Source of the DNA: an uncultured Dehalococcoidia bacterium
GTDB taxonomy: Bacteria > Chloroflexota > Dehalococcoidia > Lucifugimonadales > UBA1127
Length of the DNA stretch: 64,000 bases
Reading direction: 5' to 3'
Assembly (NCBI GenBank): GCA_951812285.1
Contig: OX638292.1
Location: 1,183,699 to 1,247,698 of the forward strand
Below are positions 18,819 through 27,991 of the stretch, piece by piece. The translations under genes and the position numbers were made by a program. Below the pieces are notes generated by a model. That model did not search any database, was not told the DNA's origin, and saw only the letters and a program-made list of their open reading frames with translations. Position 1 is the stretch's first letter. Each line of letters opens with the position of its first letter.

Positions 18819-19151
18819 ATGTGGGTAAAGACACCGAAATACGTCCTCGACACAATCGAAGCGGCCGTGTGGGACTACATTAACGAGCAGTACCACGGCA
18901 ACGACGTCTTTGGCCCTGTTTTCGTCATCGAACACCCGGACGTCTTTGAAGAGGACCGTATCCACATCTACATCTTCTACGACGGCGAGGACGAGTTGCT
19001 GGACCGCGATTTTCGATGGGGTTTATATGAATGGGTGACACAATGCGTCACCGATAGTGAAATGCCCGTCCTCCCTTCAATTAAGTTCTTCCACAAGTCA
19101 TGGCGGAAAGAAATCAATACCAGGGTGGGTAAGTGGATCCCGCAGAGTTAA
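18819..19151 (+). CDS. Small acidic protein, probable degenerate nucleotidyltransferase-like partner of the downstream HEPN gene
   Basis: Tail of the long track ORF from ATG 18819 (MWVKTPKY...EDRIHIYIFYDG...PSIKF). AT-richer. Overlaps the start of the HEPN gene. Confidence 0.55.
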   Translation: MWVKTPKYVLDTIEAAVWDYINEQYHGNDVFGPVFVIEHPDVFEEDRIHIYIFYDGEDELLDRDFRWGLYEWVTQCVTDSEMPVLPSIKFFHKSWRKEINTRVGKWIPQS

Positions 19152-19618
19152 TTGGCCTTGGGCGGGAGCTGGCTGCGGGGAAGAGGAAAAGGCACCGAGG
19201 AACACCGAGACAAGCGGACTTGCGCCGGGCAGTCAGCTCGGCGTACTACGCTATGTTCCATGCGCTGTGCACAATCTGTGCACGTTCGCTCGCTGGCGCC
19301 TTGGCTGCGTCCACAGATGAAGTATCGTGGAGATTGGCATACCGCGCTCTTGAACATGGCAACGCCAGGAGCAGGTTCTTACACAAGAACGGCATGCAGC
19401 GATTTCCCATCGCCATCAAGAGCTTTGGCAAGCTGTTAGTGGAGATTCAGGAAGAGCGAAACACGGCCAACTATGAACCTGCCACAAGCTTTGAGTCTGC
19501 GGAGGTCGAAGAGTTAGTCGAGGACGCCGCGGACGCCATCGCGCAACTGAGACGCTCCCCGCGTCAAGACCTCCGCGCCCTCTCCCTCTACCTCCTTCTC
19601 CGCCCCCGGCGCGACTAG
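19133..19618 (+). CDS. HEPN-domain protein
   Basis: RRAVSSAYYAMFHAL and QEERNTANY (variant of the R..ADY motif). Confidence 0.75.
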   Translation: MDPAELIGLGRELAAGKRKRHRGTPRQADLRRAVSSAYYAMFHALCTICARSLAGALAASTDEVSWRLAYRALEHGNARSRFLHKNGMQRFPIAIKSFGKLLVEIQEERNTANYEPATSFESAEVEELVEDAADAIAQLRRSPRQDLRALSLYLLLRPRRD

Positions 19619-19693
19619 TCCCTTGCCTTCGCTCCACTTGCGACGGGTAGCCGCCCCTGCTACCGTACTGAGACCCTCTGCAGCGGGAGCGAC

Positions 19694-20446
19694 ATGGCCC
19701 AGAAACGAGTTTCCCTGTTCGTGACGTGCCTTGTGGACCAGTTCTACCCCGAGGTCGGCGAGGCTACGGTGCGGCTGCTCCGTCACCTCGGCGTCGAGGT
19801 TGACTTTCCGGCTGACCAGACGTGCTGCGGGCAGGTTGCGCTGAACGGCGGGTACCGGTCGCATGCGACGGCCGTTGCCAAGCGCTTCGTCGAGGTCTTC
19901 CGCGGCAGCGAGGCGATCGTCGCGCCGTCCGGGTCGTGTGTCGCGACGATCCACGCGCACTACGGGGATCTGCTGCGCGGCTACCCTGAGCTTGCGGAAG
20001 AAGTGGCGTCACTGCAGGCGCGGACGTACGAGCTCTCGCAATACCTCGTGGACGTGCTTGGCGTGGAGAATGTTGGCGCGCGCCTGCCGTCGCCGGCGCG
20101 GGTCACGTACCACGACTGCTGCCACGCCCTGCGCGATCTCGGCGTGGGGGCACAGCCGCGGAGGCTGCTGTCCGCCGTGGACGGCGCGGAGCTTACCGAG
20201 ATGAAGGACTCAGCGTCGTGCTGCGGGTTCGGGGGGACGTTTTCGGTGAAGTTTGCCGACATCTCGTCGGCGATACTGCGTGAGAAGCTGCACAACGTCG
20301 AGGCGACGGGCGCGGACGTGCTCACGGCCGTCGACTCGAGCTGCCTGATGCACATGGGCGGCGCGCTGCGACGGCAGGGTTCGCGGACGCGGCCGATGCA
20401 CATCGCCGAGCTGCTGTGCGAGGGCATCGAGGGGGAGCGGGCATGA
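19694..20446 (+). CDS. lutA: Lactate utilization protein A (CCG-domain Fe-S)
   Basis: LFVTCLVD, QTCCGQ, PSGSC, TYHDCCH, CCGFGGTFSVK, SCLMH. Confidence 0.92.
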   Translation: MAQKRVSLFVTCLVDQFYPEVGEATVRLLRHLGVEVDFPADQTCCGQVALNGGYRSHATAVAKRFVEVFRGSEAIVAPSGSCVATIHAHYGDLLRGYPELAEEVASLQARTYELSQYLVDVLGVENVGARLPSPARVTYHDCCHALRDLGVGAQPRRLLSAVDGAELTEMKDSASCCGFGGTFSVKFADISSAILREKLHNVEATGADVLTAVDSSCLMHMGGALRRQGSRTRPMHIAELLCEGIEGERA

Positions 20447-21879
20447 CGGACGTGCTTTCGGCCCACTTCAAGGAGCAGGCCGCGGAGGCCATCGGCAACG
20501 CGACGATACAGGAGTCGCTGGACCGGCTGGTAAACTTCCGGCAAGGGCGCGTCGACGCCATCGCGGAGTATGGGCAGGAGCGGTGGGACGCGCTCAGCCA
20601 GAGCGCACGGGAGATCAAACGCGAGACGCTCGAGCACCTCGACTACTACCTCGACGAGCTCTCGCGAAACGTCGAGCGGGCGGGCGGGCACGTCTTCTTC
20701 GCGAGGGACGCGGCGGAGGCCAACGAGTACGTCGCCAAGGTTGCGGCGGACAACGGCGTCAAGACTGTTACCAAGAGCAAGTCGATGGTGTCCGAGGAGA
20801 TGGGCATCGCGGACGTGCTGGAGTCGATGGGCATCGAGCCCGTGGAGACGGACCTGGGCGAGTACATCATCCAGTTGGCGCGCGAAGCGCCCTACCACAT
20901 CATCGCGCCGGCGCTCCACAAGTCGAAGGAAGAGGTGTCAGAGCTCTTCGAGCGCATCCTGGGCACTCCGGCGGAGAGCGACATAACGGCGCTGGCGGGC
21001 GTCGCGCGAAAGGTGCTGCGAGAGAAGTTTCTCGAGGCGGACATGGGCATGACGGGCGCCAACTTCGGCGTGTCGGAGACGGGCACAATCGTCATGGTGA
21101 CCAACGAGGGGAACGGGCGCATGTGCTCGTCGCTGCCGCGTGTACACGTCGCGACGATGGGGATGGAGCGCGTCATCCCGCGCCTGCGGGACGTTGCGAC
21201 GTACCTGCCGCTGCTGACGCGCTCGGCGACGGGGCAGCGGATCTCGAGCTACGTCTCCTTCGTCACTGGCCCGCGCCGGAGCGACGAGGAGGACGGGCCG
21301 CAGGAGTTTCACCTGGTCATCCTCGACAACGGACGGTCACGGATGCTGGCCGATCCGGAGCTGCGGGAGGCACTCTACTGCATCCGGTGCGGCGCGTGCC
21401 TGAACGCTTGCCCCGTGTACGGCAAGGTGGGCGGCCACGCCTACGGCTGGGTGTACCCGGGGCCCATCGGCGCGGTGGTCACGCCGTCGCTGGTTGGCGT
21501 GCCAAAGGCGAAGGACCTGCCCTTCGCGTCGACGCTGTGCGGGGCGTGCCGAGACGTGTGCCCGCTGAAGATCGACATACCGCGGATGCTGCTCAAGCTC
21601 CGCAGCGACGCTGTCGAGGGGCCGGCGGAGACGCGGGTGCCTCGGCGCGTGGAGTCGCTGATGATGCGTGCGTGGCGGAGGACGGTGGCCGGGCCGCGGC
21701 TTTTCTCGCTGGCAGGGAAGGTCACGTCCGCCGCGCAGTGGCCGCTCTCGCGAAGGGGCTCGCTGCGATGGCTGCCGCCGCCGCTGTCCGGCTGGACGCG
21801 CACGCGAGACTTCCCCCGCGCCGCAATGCGCCCATTCCGCGCTCGCTGGCGCAAGGACGAGGGTAATCGTGGCGGATAG
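20443..21879 (+). CDS. lutB: Lactate utilization protein B (Fe-S)
   Basis: KSKSM.SEE, ETDLGEYIIQL, NEGNGR, CIRCGACLNACPVY, STLCGACRDVCP. ATGA overlap with lutA. Confidence 0.93.
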   Translation: MTDVLSAHFKEQAAEAIGNATIQESLDRLVNFRQGRVDAIAEYGQERWDALSQSAREIKRETLEHLDYYLDELSRNVERAGGHVFFARDAAEANEYVAKVAADNGVKTVTKSKSMVSEEMGIADVLESMGIEPVETDLGEYIIQLAREAPYHIIAPALHKSKEEVSELFERILGTPAESDITALAGVARKVLREKFLEADMGMTGANFGVSETGTIVMVTNEGNGRMCSSLPRVHVATMGMERVIPRLRDVATYLPLLTRSATGQRISSYVSFVTGPRRSDEEDGPQEFHLVILDNGRSRMLADPELREALYCIRCGACLNACPVYGKVGGHAYGWVYPGPIGAVVTPSLVGVPKAKDLPFASTLCGACRDVCPLKIDIPRMLLKLRSDAVEGPAETRVPRRVESLMMRAWRRTVAGPRLFSLAGKVTSAAQWPLSRRGSLRWLPPPLSGWTRTRDFPRAAMRPFRARWRKDEGNRGG

Positions 21880-22564
21880 GGAGGAGTTCCTCGCGCACAT
21901 CCGCAGCGCGCTGGCCTCGGGGCCGTGCATCGGCGCGCCGCCGAGCGCATCGCCGCCCGCTGCCACGCCGTCGCCGCCGTCACGCGACGACCTGCTCGCG
22001 CAGCTCGAACGGAGCGCGGGGCTGCAGAGCTGGCACTTCGTACGAGCGGCCAATGCGGATGAAGCCACCGCTCGTGTCGTCGAGATCGCGAAGGGTCACG
22101 GCGCGGGGACGGTCGTGCGAACTGCGCATGACGTGCTGCAGCGCATGGGTATCGACGCGGCGCTGGCTGGAGCCGGTATGGAGAGCGTCGTGCTGGCCGA
22201 CGGCCCCGGCGGGCTCGACGCAGAGCAGCGGCAGGCTACGGCGGCAGGGGCAGCGGTGGGCGTCACGGGCGTGGACGCCGTCATCGCGGAGACGGCCTCG
22301 GTGGCGCTGGCGCCGCGGAAGGGCATGAGCCGGCAGGCGTCGCTGCTGCCGCCGGTGCACGTGGCCGTCGCAATGGCGGACCAGGTCGTCGGGACGCTGG
22401 ACGACGTGCTGGCGCTGCGGCTCGTAGAGCTTGCGGAGGCGGAGGAGATCACCTGGTACATGAACCTCGTCAGCGGGCCCAGCCGCACGGCGGACATCGA
22501 GCAGACGCTGGTGGTCGGCGTGCACGGGCCGGGGGTGGTCTACCTGGTGGTCATCGAGGAGTAG
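21869..22564 (+). CDS. lutC: Lactate utilization protein C (LUD domain)
   Basis: GVTG....IAET, SLLPPVHVA, SGPSRTADIEQTLVVGVHGP. Confidence 0.9.
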   Translation: MADREEFLAHIRSALASGPCIGAPPSASPPAATPSPPSRDDLLAQLERSAGLQSWHFVRAANADEATARVVEIAKGHGAGTVVRTAHDVLQRMGIDAALAGAGMESVVLADGPGGLDAEQRQATAAGAAVGVTGVDAVIAETASVALAPRKGMSRQASLLPPVHVAVAMADQVVGTLDDVLALRLVELAEAEEITWYMNLVSGPSRTADIEQTLVVGVHGPGVVYLVVIEE

Positions 22565-23693
22565 CGCGCCGCAGCATTGCTCGCAGGCCGCGCGACGTTG
22601 CCCGTTTCAGATGCTCGCTTGGGCGCGCCATTGCGTCTTCCACTGTCACCGCGCCTGTTGCCATGCCTGCCAGCGCCATGAATCCCTCAGCGTAGAGCTT
22701 GCGCCAGCCGGGGCCGAGGCTTCCGCCGACACCGAGGACGGGGATGCCGCGCGCCGACGCCCGGTTGGCGACGACGGCCGGGGCCTTGTGGTAGGCCGTC
22801 TGCCAGTCGAGACGCCCCTCGCCTGTGATTACGAGCGACGCGCCCTCCAGCCGCGCGTCGAGGGCGACAGCCTCCGCTACGATGTCGGCGCCCCAGGCGA
22901 TGCGCGCGCCGAGGAAGGCCACCAACCCCGCGCCCATGCCGCCGGCCGCGCCGCCGCCCGCAATGCCCGACACGTCCACGCCGAGATCGCGTCGCGCGAC
23001 GTCCGCCATGCGCCGCAGCGCGCGGTCCAGCGTCGCGACGTCGTCCGGTGTCGCGCCCTTCTGCGGGCCGAAGGTGGCCGCAGCGCCTGACGGGCCGCAC
23101 AGGACGTTGGTGACGTCGGTGGCGATGACCAGCTCGGCGTCACCGAGCCGCGCGTCCAGACCGGAGGCGTCGATGGCGGCGAGGTCCAGCAGCCCCTCGC
23201 CGCAGGGGGCGATGGGTCCGCCGTCTTCGCGAAAGAGGCGGACGCCCAACGAGGCTGCGAGGCCCGCGCCGCCGTCATTGGTGGCGCTGCCGCCTATGCC
23301 GAGGATGATTCGGCGGTAATCGGCGTCCAGCACTGCGCGGATGACCGCGCCGACGCCGTACGTGGTCGCGCGGAGCGGGTCTCGGACGGTGGACGGCAGG
23401 AGGGCGAGCCCGCAGGCCTGTGCGGTCTCGACGACGGCGGTCTCGCCGCCGCCGAGGGCGCCCCAACGGGCGATGACCGGCCCGCCGAGGGGGCCGGTGG
23501 TGTTGACGGTGTGGTACGCGCCGCCGGTGGCCTCCACGAGGGCGTCCAGGGTGCCATCACCACCGTCGGCCACGGGGCAGCGCACGACGTCGGCGTCGGG
23601 GAACGCGGCGCGGGCGGCCTCGGCCATGGCGTCGGCGGCTTGCCCAGCGGACAGTGTGCCCTTGAATGCCTGCGGGGCGATGACGATCTTCAT
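22551..23693 (-). CDS. glxK: Glycerate kinase (GlxK/GarK family)
   Basis: MKIVIAPQAFKGTL, PVADGGDGT, GIGGSATNDGG, FGPQKGA, GAAGGMG, ITGEGRLD.QT...K.P. Confidence 0.92.
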   Translation of the reverse strand: MKIVIAPQAFKGTLSAGQAADAMAEAARAAFPDADVVRCPVADGGDGTLDALVEATGGAYHTVNTTGPLGGPVIARWGALGGGETAVVETAQACGLALLPSTVRDPLRATTYGVGAVIRAVLDADYRRIILGIGGSATNDGGAGLAASLGVRLFREDGGPIAPCGEGLLDLAAIDASGLDARLGDAELVIATDVTNVLCGPSGAAATFGPQKGATPDDVATLDRALRRMADVARRDLGVDVSGIAGGGAAGGMGAGLVAFLGARIAWGADIVAEAVALDARLEGASLVITGEGRLDWQTAYHKAPAVVANRASARGIPVLGVGGSLGPGWRKLYAEGFMALAGMATGAVTVEDAMARPSEHLKRATSRGLRAMLRRATPR

Positions 23694-23762
23694 GGGGACA
23701 GGGTAGCGGTCGACGGGCCGGCGGGGGAAGGGGATCGCGGCAGGAAGGGTGGGGCGGGATTG

Positions 23763-23792
23763 TCGTCGTTCCTGCCTTCGCAGGAACGACGA
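23763..23792. repeat. Perfect 13-bp hairpin (REP-like element or terminator after gmk)
   Basis: tcgtcgttcctgc-cttc-gcaggaacgacga. Confidence 0.55.
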
Positions 23793-23799
23793 GGGGGGG

Positions 23800-24432
23800 C
23801 TAGAGCGCGGTGGAGTGGCGGGGGTAGCGCCAACGTTCGGCGCGCATGATGGCCTCGAGGGCCTGTGCCGTGTCGTCAATGCGGCCGTTCTCGTTCACGA
23901 CGACGTAGTCGAACATCGGCATCAGCTCCATCTCGTGGCGGGCGGTGTACAGGCGGCGCTCGAGGTCGACAAGGTCCTCACTCTTGCGCTCGAGCAGACG
24001 ACGCTCGAGCTCCTCCATGGACGGCGGCGCCAGGAAGACAAAGACGCCGTCCGGGTTCAGTGTCTTGATGGTCCGCGCGCCCTGCACGTCAATCTTGATG
24101 ATGACGTCCATGCCGCTGGCCAGCGCATCGCGCACCTGGTCCCTTGGGACGCCGTATCGGTTGCCGTAGACCTCGGCGCTCTCCAGGAAGCCGCCCTCAT
24201 CCAGCTTCTCCCTGAAGGTGTCGCGATCAAGGAAGATGTAGTCGACGCCGTCGGTCTCGGTGGGCCGCATGGGCCGGGTGGTCGCCGTCACGACGAAGTG
24301 GACGGGGTAGTTGCGCTCCCGGAGCCGCGTCAGGACGGCGTCCTTGCCGACGCCGGAGGGGCCGGACACGATCATCATGAGGGGGTGCGGCGCGAGAATC
24401 TCGGGGAGGCGCGGCTCGTCGGGCGAGGTCAT
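23800..24432 (-). CDS. gmk: Guanylate kinase
   Basis: SGPSGVGKD P-loop, TTRPMRP.E.DGVDY.F, VYGNRYG, IDVQGA, FDYVVVN. Confidence 0.95.
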   Translation of the reverse strand: MTSPDEPRLPEILAPHPLMMIVSGPSGVGKDAVLTRLRERNYPVHFVVTATTRPMRPTETDGVDYIFLDRDTFREKLDEGGFLESAEVYGNRYGVPRDQVRDALASGMDVIIKIDVQGARTIKTLNPDGVFVFLAPPSMEELERRLLERKSEDLVDLERRLYTARHEMELMPMFDYVVVNENGRIDDTAQALEAIMRAERWRYPRHSTAL

Positions 24433-24539
24433 ACGTCACCGCCATTCCGGGGCATACCGCGATGGCCTGGAGGGCTTGCCGGCGGGAATGTCGTCACGGT
24501 CATGTCGTTCGCTCCCGCATTTCCGCCCGGGGGGGGGGC

Positions 24540-25532
24540 CTAGTCCCGCCTGTAGATCGTGGGGTCTTCCTTTTCCTGCCCCACGTCCCGGAACCGCTTG
24601 GCCACCGTGTCACCCAGAAGCATGCCCATGAACTGGTCGGAGGCCTTGAGGCCCTCGAAGGCGCCCTCTTCGCCCTCGCGGCCGAGCATCCAGCGGGCGC
24701 GGGCCTCCCACGCCTCGACGAGCGCCCGCTCAAGGCCGGCCTGGTCGTCCTTGACCATGCCGCGCAGGCTATGCAGGTCCTTGATGAGCTCGTCGATCCA
24801 GTAAACGAGGGCGTCGCGGTTGGTCACGGCGATGTCGCGGTGCATGATGGGGTCGCCGGACGCGAGGCGGGAGATGTCGCGGAAGCCGCTGGCCGCCAGC
24901 TTAGCCATCTCGCGCCAGCCGACGCTGCGGGACGTCGCGTTGACCAGTGAGACTGAGAGCATGAAGGGCAGGTGGCTCACGGCGGCGACGTAGCTGTCGT
25001 GCTCCGCGGGGTCGACAAAGTAGGGCTTGGCGCCGATGGCCTGTACGAGCGAGACGATGACCTGCACCGACTCCGGAGTGGCGCTGCGGGCCGGGCAGAT
25101 GGCGTAGACGGAGCCGTTGAGCATGGCGGCCTCGGCGTCCTTAGGGCCCGAGGTCTCCTTGCCGGCCAATGGGTGGCCGCCGACGAAGCTCACGCCGTCG
25201 GGCAGCAGCTCTTCGGCCCACGCGACGACGTCCTTCTTCGTGCTGCCCGTGTCGGTGACGATGGCGCCCGGCGCGAGAAACTCGGGGAGGAACTCGAACA
25301 GCTCGCGCATGGCGAGGACGGGAACGGCGACGATGACGATGCTCGCGTCGCGAACCGCCTCGGGAATCGTGCGGACGTCGCGGTCGATGGCGCCCATCTT
25401 GCGGGCCGTCGAGACGTGGGTGGGCTCGAGGTCGATGCCGACAACCTCGATGTCCTTGTTCTGCGTCTGCCGGATGGCGAGGCCCATGGACGTGCCGATG
25501 AGCCCCAGTCCGATGATGGCGATCTTGTCCAT
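24540..25532 (-). CDS. tyrA: Prephenate/arogenate dehydrogenase
   Basis: IIGLGLIG.S, TD.GSTK, GGHPLAG.E, EHD..VA.VSHLP, GFRDISRLA. Confidence 0.92.
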   Translation of the reverse strand: MDKIAIIGLGLIGTSMGLAIRQTQNKDIEVVGIDLEPTHVSTARKMGAIDRDVRTIPEAVRDASIVIVAVPVLAMRELFEFLPEFLAPGAIVTDTGSTKKDVVAWAEELLPDGVSFVGGHPLAGKETSGPKDAEAAMLNGSVYAICPARSATPESVQVIVSLVQAIGAKPYFVDPAEHDSYVAAVSHLPFMLSVSLVNATSRSVGWREMAKLAASGFRDISRLASGDPIMHRDIAVTNRDALVYWIDELIKDLHSLRGMVKDDQAGLERALVEAWEARARWMLGREGEEGAFEGLKASDQFMGMLLGDTVAKRFRDVGQEKEDPTIYRRD

Positions 25533-25603
25533 GAAGGCTCCCGTTCTCCCGCTCGATATGTGCGCCCATTATACGCGGGTATCCGCATTCTACTGCAAGC
25601 GTG

Positions 25604-26299
25604 CTACAGGACGATGCTCTCCAGGAAGCGGATGGGCGGGCCGATGATCCATGCGAGGATGCCGACGCCAAGCATGATGTCCAGCATGATGATAACGAGC
25701 AGGATGCCGGGGCCGTAGGGCTCCAGCCGGAGGAGAGGTATCGCGAGGGCGCGGGGGAGCAGGCCCGCGGCCACCTTGGAGCCGTCCAACGGGGCCAAGG
25801 GGATCAGGTTGAACACGCCGAGGATGAGGTTCAGGAAGAGCCACATCGCGAAGAACTGCCCGATGACGAGCGACACCGGCGCGCCTGACTGCAGCGGCGT
25901 GAAAACGACGTTGTACGGCCACTCGACGATGCCGAGCTTGAAGAGTAGGCCAATGAGGAAGGCCAGCAAGAAGTTTGAGAGGGGGCCGGCGAAGGCGACA
26001 AGCATCATGGCCTTCAGCGCGTTGGCCCCGAAGGCGTAGCCGTTTACGGGCACCGGCTTGCCCCACCCGAAGCCGGCCACCAGGAACATGATGCTGCCCG
26101 CGGGGTCCAGGTGCGCTTTGGGGTTCAGCGACAGCCGCCCGAGACGCCGCGCGGTGTCGTCGCCGAGGGACGTGGCGGTCAGGGCGTGGCTGAACTCGTG
26201 GAACGTGACGCTGGCGACCACCGCCAGGAGGAGCATGCCGGTGAATATAAAGAACGCGACGGGGTCGTCGCCCAGGATGCCGATGTTACGGAAGATCAT
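25604..26299 (-). CDS. Site-2 protease (M50) family membrane metalloprotease
   Basis: HEFSH, GD.TAR..GRLSLNP..HLDP.G, FGWGKPVPVN, FNLIPLAPLDG. Confidence 0.92.
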   Translation of the reverse strand: MIFRNIGILGDDPVAFFIFTGMLLLAVVASVTFHEFSHALTATSLGDDTARRLGRLSLNPKAHLDPAGSIMFLVAGFGWGKPVPVNGYAFGANALKAMMLVAFAGPLSNFLLAFLIGLLFKLGIVEWPYNVVFTPLQSGAPVSLVIGQFFAMWLFLNLILGVFNLIPLAPLDGSKVAAGLLPRALAIPLLRLEPYGPGILLVIIMLDIMLGVGILAWIIGPPIRFLESIVL

Positions 26300-27074
26300 C
26301 GGGGTCGTCCGGGTCGAAGTCGTCGTCGTCATCGTCGTGCTGGTGCTGAGGGCGGCTGCTGACGCGCGGCACGATCGGCGAGCCGGAATCGCCGCGTGAC
26401 TTTCGGCGCGGCAGGCCGCGGATCGCCTCAGAGAGCGCCTTCAGCCCCTCGGCGTCGGTGGTCTCGAGGTCCGCGACGACGCCCTCGACGCCTATATCGC
26501 GGAGGCACTCGAGCTCCCACGCGGTCAGGGCGCCGTGAACGGGGAGGAGGAACGGCCGGCCGATCTCACAGCGGGCCGTGGCCAGGTGCATGAGCACCTC
26601 CAGCGTCAGCGGGGACGCGACGGCGTCGGCGTAGACGACGGCATCGACGGGCATGACCTCCAGGGAGTGGGCGTGCTCCTCCTTGAGGTCGACCGGGATT
26701 ACCAGGAGCTTCCCGACGTCCTCGTCGTGCAGCGCGTCGAGCGAGGACGTGAGGCCGGTCAGGGAGACGAAGTCGGCACCGGCCTGCACGAGGGCGGTCA
26801 CGTCGTCAGCGGCTAGGGTGTTGACCTGCGCGCCCCACGGCACGTCGGGCATCGACTGCATCGCCTGCGACGCGGCGGCCGCGTCTGCGCCGTCGCCGCG
26901 GAAGATGACGCCATCGAGGGCGACGCCGTTGGCGTTGGCGACGGCCTCGGGCTCGGCGGTGGCGGCGAGGAGGACCATCGTGGGCATGGGCTGCCGCCGT
27001 GCGGCTGCGCCAAAGCCCATGGGCGCGGGCGCATCCTTGCCCAGACGTTCAATGCGTTGAATCAGCTTGCTCAT
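26286..27074 (-). CDS. Conserved hypothetical protein (possible TIM-barrel/aldolase-like fold)
   Basis: Long ORF in operon context with host codon usage; MGFG N-terminus, GADFV, acidic C-tail. Confidence 0.6.
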   Translation of the reverse strand: MSKLIQRIERLGKDAPAPMGFGAAARRQPMPTMVLLAATAEPEAVANANGVALDGVIFRGDGADAAAASQAMQSMPDVPWGAQVNTLAADDVTALVQAGADFVSLTGLTSSLDALHDEDVGKLLVIPVDLKEEHAHSLEVMPVDAVVYADAVASPLTLEVLMHLATARCEIGRPFLLPVHGALTAWELECLRDIGVEGVVADLETTDAEGLKALSEAIRGLPRRKSRGDSGSPIVPRVSSRPQHQHDDDDDDFDPDDPDDLP

Positions 27075-27192
27075 ACTGCCTCACAGGTGGAGTGCCCGTC
27101 GGCGGTGCGCGGGATTTCGGTACGCCGAGCGGTTACACGTATGGTAGCACACCGGCATTGGGCGCGGTCACGGCGCGGGAACGTCTGGTTGA

Positions 27193-27945
27193 TCACCGGC
27201 CAAAGCTGAGGCGCGCGGCGAGCGAGTCGGGCAGGCCGGCGGCTGTCATCTTCATCTGCGTCCGCTCGATGTCGTAGGGCACGCGGTGGTGTGTGACGGT
27301 GCGGGCGACGGTGTCGTAGACGGCGTAGGCGGCGCGAGGATCGCCGTCGCGGGGCTGGCCGACGCTGCCGGGGTTCAGGATGATGCGCGCTCGGTCGAGT
27401 GCGTGCGCGCCGTCGAGGGCGACTACGGCGCCGGGCTGGAGCGGGGTGACGCTGCCGGACTCGTCGCAGGCGAAGGGGAGGTGGGAGTGGCCGAGCAGGC
27501 AGAGGGGGGTGTCGAAGAGGCTGAAGCACTCGGCGGTGACCTGCGGGGGCATGAGCCAGGGCAGGAAGTACTCCCACACGGGCTCCCGCGGCGTGCCGTG
27601 CACGAGCGTGACCTCCGACTCCTCGTGGCGGAGGGGGTTCGAGCGGAGGTAGGCCTGCTCGTCTGGCGTGAGGCGGTGGCGCGTCCACATCGCCGCCGTG
27701 CGGGCCGCGGGGTTGAAGGTCTCGACGGAGAGCTCGCCGATGGCGGCGAGGTCATGGTTGCCGGCGACGGCGGCGTGGTCGTAGGAGCGCAGCAGCGCGA
27801 GGCACTCGCCCGGGTCCGGGCCGTATCCGACGATGTCGCCGAGGCACAGGACGCGCTCGAAGCCGCCGGACGCCTCCGCGTGGGCGATAACCGCTTGGAG
27901 CGCCTCCAGGTTGCTGTGAACGTCCGCCACCACAAGGCAGCGCAT
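27193..27945 (-). CDS. Calcineurin-like metallophosphoesterase
   Basis: DVHSN, LGDIVGYGP, GNHD, HG, GHSH, NPGSVGQPRDGDPRA. Confidence 0.92.
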   Translation of the reverse strand: MRCLVVADVHSNLEALQAVIAHAEASGGFERVLCLGDIVGYGPDPGECLALLRSYDHAAVAGNHDLAAIGELSVETFNPAARTAAMWTRHRLTPDEQAYLRSNPLRHEESEVTLVHGTPREPVWEYFLPWLMPPQVTAECFSLFDTPLCLLGHSHLPFACDESGSVTPLQPGAVVALDGAHALDRARIILNPGSVGQPRDGDPRAAYAVYDTVARTVTHHRVPYDIERTQMKMTAAGLPDSLAARLSFGR

Positions 27946-27991
27946 ATCCCTCACCTTGGCCGTAGCTGGCGGCTCAAGTATACTTGGAGCC

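Noticed and set aside
17211-19151. 646-aa plus-strand ORF
   Set aside because: Mostly antisense to oadB/oadG; only the part from ATG 18819 looks like a real gene.
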